7,011 nt of DNA, taken from Paraspadella gotoi. Its lineage: Eukaryota; Animalia; Chaetognatha. The notes beneath the pieces were generated by a model that saw only the letters and a program-made list of their open reading frames with translations, searched no databases and was not told where the DNA came from. Location: the NCBI GenBank assembly GCA_051294375.1, contig JBJCIZ010001525.1, forward strand, positions 1-7,011. The letters are read 5' to 3'. This document shows positions 1-6,840 of this stretch, one piece after another; within the stretch, counting starts at the first letter, position 1, and each line of letters starts with the position of its first letter. Made by a program: the position numbers and the translations under genes.

Positions 1-350
1 GAAGAGAATCGGGAAGGTATAGGTGTAGAGGTTAGTAAATAAAAAAGCTAAAGTTAAAGGGGTCGAAGGATAGGGGAGCAGACCCGCAACGAACGCAAAC
101 CGCAATTGCCAGATCCTGCTACAAGGAAGCAGCCAGCACGTCTCTCCTTCAACTGCAACAAAAACCGTGACAACTTCAATGACTTCGTGACAGCTGCAAC
201 GCTTAGTCCGCCCACGACTTCGCTTCCATTTATTCCGAAAACCGAAAGACGCCGACGCGCCCCGCCCCCATGCCAGCAGCGCCGACTCGGCAGCTGCCGC
301 TTATTCTCTTCCTTTCCCTTTGGTATCTGTGTCAATATATTACCTTGAAG

Positions 351-403
351 GAGAGAGACGAGACGAGAGAGAGAGAAGACGAAGAGAGAGAAAGAGAGAA
401 GAG

Positions 404-441
<38 letters not shown>

Positions 442-456
442 AGAGAGAGAGAGAGA
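351..456 (+). repeat. Interrupted (GA)n microsatellite / polypurine tract 1
   Basis: GA run with GACGA, GAAGACGAAG and GAAA interruptions; purest part ~408-440. Confidence 0.95.
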
Positions 457-593
457 CCGGCGGAAATGATATTCAATTGATGTGGTGCGAGTGACGTTGA
501 TAAAAGGGAGAAAGGAGAAAATGAGGAAGAGGAGGAGGAAGAGAAAAAATAAAAGGGTGAGTTCAAATGAAGAAGAGATTAAACGAGGGCGAG

Positions 594-642
594 GTAAGTT
601 TTTTTGAGAGCATAGAAATGAAAATTAGTTTGTTTTTTTCAG
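594..642 (+). other. Putative 49-nt spliceosomal intron (nematode-type)
   Basis: Consensus donor GAG|GTAAGT at 594, AT-rich body, acceptor TTTTTTTCAG ending 642. Alternative donor GG|GTGAGT at 557. No transcript evidence. Confidence 0.45.
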
Positions 643-818
643 TTCATATTAACTGTTCATTCTTAGTTTTAACAACACGTATAACCACAAACCCGCCTTA
701 ACCCCATAGTAAACAAGGATTTGAGGTAAACGGTTTATTTTTCTCTGGAGATAAATTGATTCGCGGATAATCGATCGAGATTTTTCTTCGGATAAAAAAA
801 CCAATTACACAAAAACCA

Positions 819-856
819 ACGACGACGATAACGACGACGACGACGACGACGACGAC
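819..856 (+). repeat. (ACG)n trinucleotide microsatellite
   Basis: (ACG)3 ATA (ACG)8 AC read directly. Confidence 0.95.
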
Positions 857-1321
857 TGAGAAAAAGTGGCCGTAGGGATGAAGCCCTTGACTTCCGGTCA
901 AACGAACCGACATCGCGATTATCGTCGGCTTCTTTACCCGAGGAGTTCCACCCATTTCTACCTCCAAAATCGACGACCACCCAAAAGAGTGAAAGCCTCT
1001 TTAAAAGATGCAACTCACGCGCTGTGAAACCACTTTACAAAATCCTTAGAGTGAATAACCAAAGAGTACTGTGACCAACTCGTTGAACACCGACTACAGA
1101 GTAGACCCCACCAAGACTCAGACTTTCCCATCGCTTCCACTCTCAAACCTCACCGCTCACAGCTCGCCCCTCTCGTTCTTTCCGCCGCGCTGAATTTTCG
1201 GGTGAGGAGATGAATGAGAAATGGATTTCCGAGAAAAGTCAGGCGAGGACATATGAGACCATTAATTCCTTCGCGTCAAACAATTATGATATAAGAATGT
1301 TGCGTAGCTCAGGTTATTTGC

Positions 1322-1357
1322 CGACGACGACGACGACGACACGACGACCGACGACGA
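1322..1357 (+). repeat. Imperfect (CGA/ACG)n microsatellite
   Basis: CGACGACGACGACGACGAC ACGACGAC CGACGACGA with two phase slips. Confidence 0.9.
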
Positions 1358-1780
1358 AGCGCTGACCAGAGACGGTTATCGACGCAAAGGTTGGAGTCGT
1401 TGTCGTGGTTTGTTTGCCCAAACAAATGCTTGAAGTCGTTGTAAAAAATCGGAAAAGTAGAACGAAAAACGCCTTTAAAAAGGAGGGGGGGAAGGCAATC
1501 ATGTTTTTAGGGTTCAATATGGGTGAGAAATATTAAATTCTCTCTTTCGTGGGTAGTGGGAGAGAGGGAGGTAGAAATAGAAATAAAAAGGTGGTTCGGC
1601 TGATAGGGGGGGAAGGTTTAACGACGGCGGCCCGGTCGGCGTCAACACCCGTCACTGCAACACTCAAATACCACCTCTTTAACTCACGCTTCAGCTTTCT
1701 TGGAAGAATTGGCGGGAATTCTCTTTGAAAAAAGCGAAAGTAAAATCTTTTACTGCGATGAAACGTTTATTGGGGAAACG

Positions 1781-1782
1781 GA

Positions 1783-1846
<64 letters not shown>

Positions 1847-1850
1847 AGGA

Positions 1851-1882
<32 letters not shown>
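1781..1882 (+). repeat. (GA)n microsatellite tract 2
   Basis: Near-perfect GA run ~1791-1842 with interrupted flanks. Confidence 0.95.
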
Positions 1883-2302
1883 CGGATATATATATCTTGG
1901 CTCCAATATTTTCGCTTAAATTGTCCGTTTTGTGATCTTGTGACAATGTAATCAAATCAGATCAAATAATTTCGACAAAGTATTTTCTCGACCGTTATAT
2001 TCTTGATATATTCATAATCATACATGATTCCAATTCAAACTCTCTCTTGGGCCCCTGTTCGCCAAAAAATCGTCGATTAAAATCTTTGGCTTGAGAATCG
2101 TTTTTGAGCCGCGCGTTTCTCTTCGCCCACGCGCCGAGGTCATCGTAAAAAGCGCCCCCCCACCTTCTAAATAAAAGAATCCGTGTCCGAAAATCAAACA
2201 AACGCGTCGCTAGGAGACGGCGGAGCGAACAGAAAAAAAGCTTCCTCCGCTCTCCTCACCCCTCCTTTTCCAACTCCCCGCCTCTTTCGTTTTGCGTGGC
2301 GA

Positions 2303-2332
2303 GGCGGCGGCTGCGGCGGCTGCAGCGGCGGC
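2303..2332 (+). repeat. Imperfect (GGC)n / GCN repeat
   Basis: GGCGGCGGCTGCGGCGGCTGCAGCGGCGGC. Confidence 0.8.
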
Positions 2333-2484
2333 CGTGAAAGCGTCGATTATGGCGACGCCAAATCGCGGCGTCGATTTTCTCCGAAACAATTTTGTCGGCG
2401 CCGAAATTTGGGGAAGGTGCCGATTTTAAGAGGAAAATTTCGAGACGCCCATTTCCGTTAAATCATAACGATTTAAAAATCAGA

Positions 2485-2565
2485 ATAACGACGATGACGA
2501 GGATGATGATGGTAATGATAATGATGATTTTGATGATGATAACGATGACGGTTAAGATGATAATA
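2485..2565 (+). repeat. Degenerate (ATG/GAT)n trinucleotide repeat
   Basis: In-phase triplets ATA ACG ACG ATG ACG AGG ATG ATG ATG GTA ATG ATA ATG ATG ... Confidence 0.85.
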
Positions 2566-2645
2566 CGTCTGATATTGTTATGAGGAGAAATGACTATCAG
2601 ACTATGAAGTCATATCCAAACTACGTTTTGGTCTTTTGTAGCGGT

Positions 2646-2700
2646 AAAATCGAATAGAAAATAGAAAATCGAAAATAGGAAATAGGAAAAAAATCGAAAA
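2646..2700 (+). repeat. Degenerate 7-bp tandem repeat (consensus AAAAT[A/C]G)
   Basis: AAAATCG AATAG AAAATAG AAAATCG AAAATAG GAAATAG ... AAAATCG. Confidence 0.7.
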
Positions 2701-2708
2701 AGTGAGAA

Positions 2709-2923
2709 ACAGAAAGAAAGAAAAAATAAAAGAAAGAAAGAAAGAAAGAAAGAGAGAAAGAAAGAAAGAAAGAAAGAAAAAAAAGGAAAAAAAGAGAACA
2801 AGAAAGAAATAAAGAAAACAAGAAAGAAAAAAAGAAAACAAGAAAGAAAGAAAACAAGAAAGAAAGAAAGAAAGAAAGAAAGAAGAAAGAAAGAAAGAAA
2901 GAAAAGAAAGAAAGAAAAGAAAA
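2709..2923 (+). repeat. (GAAA)n tetranucleotide array with internal 20-bp higher-order unit
   Basis: Long GAAA runs; AAAGA[G/A]AACAAGAAAGAAAN recurs at 2791, 2811 and 2831. Confidence 0.95.
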
Positions 2924-3020
2924 GGTTAAAAAACTAAAATTGAAGGAAATGAAGAGGATGAAAACAAATTCCATCGACGGCAATTTTCTCTTTTTTCCCG
3001 TCGGCATAACTGATAGCGGC

Positions 3021-3024
3021 AGAG

Positions 3025-3073
<49 letters not shown>

Positions 3074-3079
3074 GAGAGA
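3021..3079 (+). repeat. (GA)n microsatellite tract 3
   Basis: Interrupted GA run. Confidence 0.95.
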
Positions 3080-3173
3080 TGAATTTATTCATGAAAATTC
3101 AAAAAACTCAAGTAAGATTTTGGGTGCGGAGATAAACAGCGACCGTCGTGTTCTGGCGACGAGGGAAAGCAGA

Positions 3174-3298
3174 GGGCGGGAAGTGAGATGGAGGGTGAGG
3201 GAAATATTAATTTTCGGCGAGAGAGTGAAATGGTGAGGGTGGGGAAAGTAGGAGGGAGAGAAAAAGGAGGTTGGGGTGAAGTAGGCGGGGAAGAGGGG
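3174..3298 (+). other. G-run cluster, potential long-loop G-quadruplex
   Basis: G3-G4 runs at 3174, 3178, 3193, 3199, 3237, 3241, 3254, 3273, 3287, 3295; several loops exceed 7 nt. Confidence 0.35.
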
Positions 3299-3415
3299 TC
3301 GAAAGACAAGTGGGAGCTCAGAAATAAAGGCTTTAATAAAATATTTTTTTTCAAATTTTAAAAACTAACATTTTTTTTTTTAAATTTTAAAAAGGGATTT
3401 TTCTCTATGATAAAG

Positions 3416-3469
3416 GTATCCAATAAAAATGTTATCACCATATTTTAATTCTAAAATTAGAAATTACAG
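3416..3469 (+). other. Putative 54-nt intron
   Basis: AAG|GTATCC donor (weak), very AT-rich body, TTCTAA branch-like motif, TTACAG acceptor ending 3469. Confidence 0.25.
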
Positions 3470-3940
3470 ATCATCGCTATATACAAAAATCGTTATATGG
3501 TCGTAGTCTTCTTTAAACGAGAATTTATTGCTGATCGGCTTAGAAAGGCAGATAACGCCGACTAACAGCATAGTGCGCATTAAAGAGCAAAACCTTCGAT
3601 GGCGTTAATTAAAAAATTTTCCTGTCGAATTTTTTATTCCTGGATTTTTTGTTAAGTGAAAAAATAACCTCAAGTGAATCTCATTTTAAAAGAAAAAAAA
3701 AAACCGCAGAAAATGTATAAATGCCCGGTTTTTTTACGGTATATATTTTTAAAAAAGAGAAATTTCCTAATAAGGCTCTCTTGAGGCGGCACTGCGCTTG
3801 TGAGGAAACATAAAAAATTTTAGAAAAAAAAATTTAAAAAAATTTTGAGAGATAAACGCGAATTCGTTGTTATGCCGAGCGATCGACATCGGGAATGGGC
3901 ATGGCAAGCATCGAAAATGCGTCAAGGTATACCAGATAAA

Positions 3941-3958
3941 GTATGCGGCGCCGCATAC
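3941..3958. other. Perfect 18-bp palindrome GTATGCGGCGCCGCATAC
   Basis: Sequence equals its own reverse complement (checked base by base). Confidence 0.95.
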
Positions 3959-4080
3959 AAAGATGGCGCCAATCCTTAGCAATGAAACCAAGTGAAATTT
4001 TTTACGAGAAAAAAAGTTTAAAATAGTAGGAAATCAATATGAAACTAACTCCAATCATCATAGTGGCCGATAATTAGTAC

Positions 4081-4127
4081 GTGAGCAAAGGATCATAAAT
4101 TAAAGAGTTTCCAATTCACATTTTCAG
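4081..4127 (+). other. Putative 47-nt intron (nematode-type)
   Basis: GTGAGC donor at 4081, AT-rich body, TTTTCAG acceptor ending 4127; length matches the C. elegans short-intron mode. Confidence 0.35.
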
Positions 4128-4306
4128 GAAGCTGGCAGTACTTGTCGATATTCGCTTACCCAAAGGACTCAAATACAACGGCATAATGCCGACATATATG
4201 CCTTTTCCCACCTCATACCATCACGATTCACATTATTCATAACCTCGCCCTTAAAGCTACGCCCTTTCCACCACACCCGCCAACCGTAGTATTATCTCTC
4301 TTCAAT

Positions 4307-4338
4307 CCCCTAACACCCCCGACTAAACCCCCCACCCC
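4307..4338 (-). other. Canonical G-quadruplex motif on minus strand (C-runs on plus)
   Basis: C4-N5-C5-N7-C6-N1-C4 fits four G>=3 runs with 1-7 nt loops on the reverse strand. Confidence 0.55.
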
Positions 4339-4532
4339 AACCTCCTTCAACACACCCCCCACCGCTCGTCTCCGCTTTCGAAAAATCCGCCATTTTGAAG
4401 CCTCGGTCATGACGGTCGAGGCGATAGAGCCTTCGCCGCCGGCGTGTCGACTCCTTTTTGGCAAAGGATATTGTTGACTGACACAGGGCGATAACGCTCT
4501 GAGCGCTTGAATAGAAAGACCAGATGCCGAAG

Positions 4533-4584
<52 letters not shown>

Positions 4585-4627
4585 AGAGAGAGAGGAGAGA
4601 AGAGAAGAGGAGAGAAGAGAGCGAGAG
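4533..4627 (+). repeat. (GA)n microsatellite tract 4 with GAGAA/GAGGA pentamer tail
   Basis: GA run grading into GAGAA GAGAA GAGGA GAGAA near 4596-4620. Confidence 0.95.
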
Positions 4628-4720
4628 TTCCCAATGGGATCAGCGATTTTCGAGAACACGAGATGCGGTGCCAACGCCAAAAAAGCTCGCATATATGCCA
4701 TATATGAAATGGACAATAAT

Positions 4721-4832
4721 CCTCTTCTTTCTACATTTTTTTCTTTTTTTTCCTGACTGTTCTATCTTCCTTTCTTTCTCCTTTCTTCTTTCTTTGCTTA
4801 TCTCTCTCTTTCCTTTATTTTTCTCTCTCTCT
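4721..4832 (+). repeat. Polypyrimidine (CT/CTTT-rich) low-complexity tract
   Basis: Almost exclusively C/T. Confidence 0.85.
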
Positions 4833-4940
4833 GGTCCCATAACCCTTTTATTGTGTCCTTATTTATGGACGAGGCTGCGCGCGCCGTTCGCCTTTATTCG
4901 ACGTGCTCGTGTAGAATGAAAAAAGGCTTTATACACTCAA

Positions 4941-5071
4941 TTTTTTTCTTTTCCTCTCTCTCTCCTACTCTCTCTTTCTCCTTCGTCTTCTCTCCTCTCT
5001 CTCGTCTCTCTCAGGTCTCTCTCTCTCCCCTCTCGTCTCGTCTTCTCTTTGTCAGTTTCTTCGTCCTTCTT
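4941..5071 (+). repeat. Interrupted (CT)n tract
   Basis: CT runs with TCGTC and CTTCGTCTTC interruptions. Confidence 0.85.
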
Positions 5072-5137
5072 CAAATAATCGCTTGCCGTCAAAGAATCAG
5101 CTGCTTTTTGACCGCACCACGGACAATATATCGACCA

Positions 5138-5406
5138 TTCTCTCTCTCTCTTCCGTCGCTCCTCTCTCTCTCTCCTCGCATCTCCTTTCTCTCCGCCTCT
5201 TCTCTCATCCTCCTGCTCCTAGCTCAATCTCTCTCTCTCTCTCTCACCCTTTCATTATTAAAATTTCCCTTTTCTCTACCCAACCCACTTCTGATTTTTT
5301 GCGCTCTTTATCTTTCCACGCTTTTCTTCTCGCTGCTCACTCTCCTCTCTCTCTCCCGCGTCTGCATTCTCACATTATTTTCTCGTTCTCTTAATTTTTC
5401 CTCTCT
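5138..5406 (+). repeat. Degenerate (CT)n-rich polypyrimidine region
   Basis: Several short (CT)n runs in pyrimidine-biased sequence. Confidence 0.75.
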
Positions 5407-5496
5407 ATGCCATGCGGAAAACGAGTAAGTTCGTTAGCCACCATCAAAATAATGGCTGGTGAGAAGACGTTGTATAAGAAATACAGAAACTCTTGG

Positions 5497-5530
5497 TAAC
5501 AGAGATAACAGAGATACAGAAGATACAGAG
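5497..5530 (+). repeat. 9-bp tandem repeat, ~4 copies
   Basis: TAACAGAGA TAACAGAGA TACAGAAGA TACAGAG. Confidence 0.75.
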
Positions 5531-5808
5531 GGACCAGGTAGAGCAAAATCCGCGGATCGCATTTCCACTGGATTATTTTCCGATTTTATCACCGACTTGG
5601 GATTTTTGGTTCGCGCTCTTCACGCAATGGACAGAGTAGTGGAGTAAAGCCTACATAAATGCAGACATGCAAAGTCACACATTAATGCCGCGTGCAATGC
5701 GCGCGTGACGCCGCCTCAATGCCGTCCAACATGCACCGAAGCCAAATGTGAATAACATCACATATCAGTGGTCACTGGTCCTCACTAAATGCGTCGATTA
5801 ACCAAAAA

Positions 5809-5980
5809 CCCCCCTCTTTTTCTCATCTTTCTTTTCCCTTTCTCTTCTCTTTTTCCTCTCTTCTTTTCACATAGGCAGTAGGCACATCTTTTCTTCCCTC
5901 TCCATGCCCTTCCTCTCTCCCTCTTATTCCGCCCTTTCTCCCATCTTCCTCCTTCCCTCTTCCTCCTCCCTGTCTCTCCC
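5809..5980 (+). repeat. Polypyrimidine low-complexity tract
   Basis: C/T-dominated with CTT/CCT motifs, short break at ~5870-5887. Confidence 0.8.
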
Positions 5981-5989
5981 ACGGTCCAC

Positions 5990-6201
5990 AAAGGGCCCGT
6001 TCTCCTCTCGTGTCGTCTCGGCTGCCAAACTGGCCAAAATGCCCCGTCCCTCTGTTATCTTCGGGGCGAAGGGCCGGTTTCGCCCGGGCCGGCGACCGGG
6101 ATCGGCCGGGATGGGCAGGCGGCCGAGATCGCGGCCGGGTCGTGTCGGGGTTGCCGGGGCTCAGGGGGACAGGCGATAGAGAAATGAAGGCCCGGCCGGC
6201 G
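5990..6201. other. GC/CpG-rich island
   Basis: Very high G+C in 6061-6170 with many CCGG/GGCC motifs and local inverted repeats. Confidence 0.6.
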
Positions 6202-6220
6202 AATGTTGCGTTTGTGGAGT

Positions 6221-6274
<54 letters not shown>

Positions 6275-6327
6275 GAGAGAGAGGAGAGAGAGAGAAGAAG
6301 AACGAGAGAAGAGAGAGAGAGAGAGAG
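6221..6327 (+). repeat. (GA)n microsatellite tract 5
   Basis: Perfect GA run ~6227-6263, then interrupted. Confidence 0.95.
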
Positions 6328-6780
6328 TTGAAGGGGGCAACAAAGAGGATCTGGCGGCGAACTCTCCCTCCGGTTGGTCGTCGTCAAATCGCGCTTTTCC
6401 GCTCGATTCTTTGATTAATGAGCCGTGCGTGCCAGTCCTGAAACAAACGGTTCAGTGCGTGCAAATTGCCGGGAGACGAAGAGGGACAGTGCGTTGCCGG
6501 TCGAGGTACGGGGGGGGCGGTCACTAGATTTCTTAGTTCAAGGGTCAAAGATCAAACGAGGTCAAACTAAGAAATAACCGTCGGAAATACAACATTGGGT
6601 GGCAATGAGCCTCATTGGAGCGAAAGTGCGGTGGATTAAGCGGGGGGTGACAAGATGAGTGATAGAATCACGGATAGATGATGAAGGAAACCTGACAAAA
6701 AGAAGTTCAAACATGAAAAACAAAGAACAACAGATGATGGTTTAAACTGATCTGTCTAATACGAGACTTTGATCAATTTC

Positions 6781-6840
6781 CCTTTGACCAATGTCCATTA
6801 TCCAATGTCCTTTGTCCATTATCCAATGTCATGTCCAATT
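6781..6840 (+). repeat. 7-bp minisatellite (consensus CCAATGT) with 21-bp higher-order duplication
   Basis: CCTTTGA CCAATGT CCATTAT CCAATGT CCTTTGT CCATTAT CCAATGT CATGT CCAATT. Confidence 0.85.

Noticed and set aside
54-566. 170-aa minus-strand ORF and overlapping RE-rich plus-strand ORF
   Set aside because: Length comes from stop-free (GA/TC)n translation (SLSL/RERE); non-ATG start; no domain.
698-1013. Poly-Val / poly-Arg ORFs resembling membrane or basic peptides
   Set aside because: Homopolymers are alternate frames of the (ACG)n microsatellite.
981-1107. Recurring AGAGT...CC motif resembling a repeat-spacer array
   Set aside because: Only 5-8 bp shared, irregular spacing; not CRISPR-like, no cas genes.
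1507-1514. TTAGGGTT telomere-like motif
   Set aside because: Single copy, expected by chance.
1691-1955. Four overlapping RE/SL-repeat ORFs
   Set aside because: All are frames of GA tract 2.
2602-3007. Phe/Leu/Ser-rich 'membrane protein' ORFs
   Set aside because: Reverse translation of the (GAAA)n array in three frames.
3001-3878. 10-bp inverted match TCGGCATAAC / GTTATGCCGA
   Set aside because: Matches of this length are expected many times in 7 kb.
3767-3991. 74-aa minus-strand ORF with hydrophobic N-terminus
   Set aside because: TTG start, runs into AT-rich low-complexity DNA, no convincing splice sites or recognisable family.
4237-5428. 159-aa and 191-aa ORFs
   Set aside because: Dominated by GA/CT tract translation; no domain or coding-like composition.
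5904-6527. Arg/Gly/Pro-rich overlapping ORFs
   Set aside because: Open frames expected in GC-rich and GA-repeat DNA; several frames open at once.
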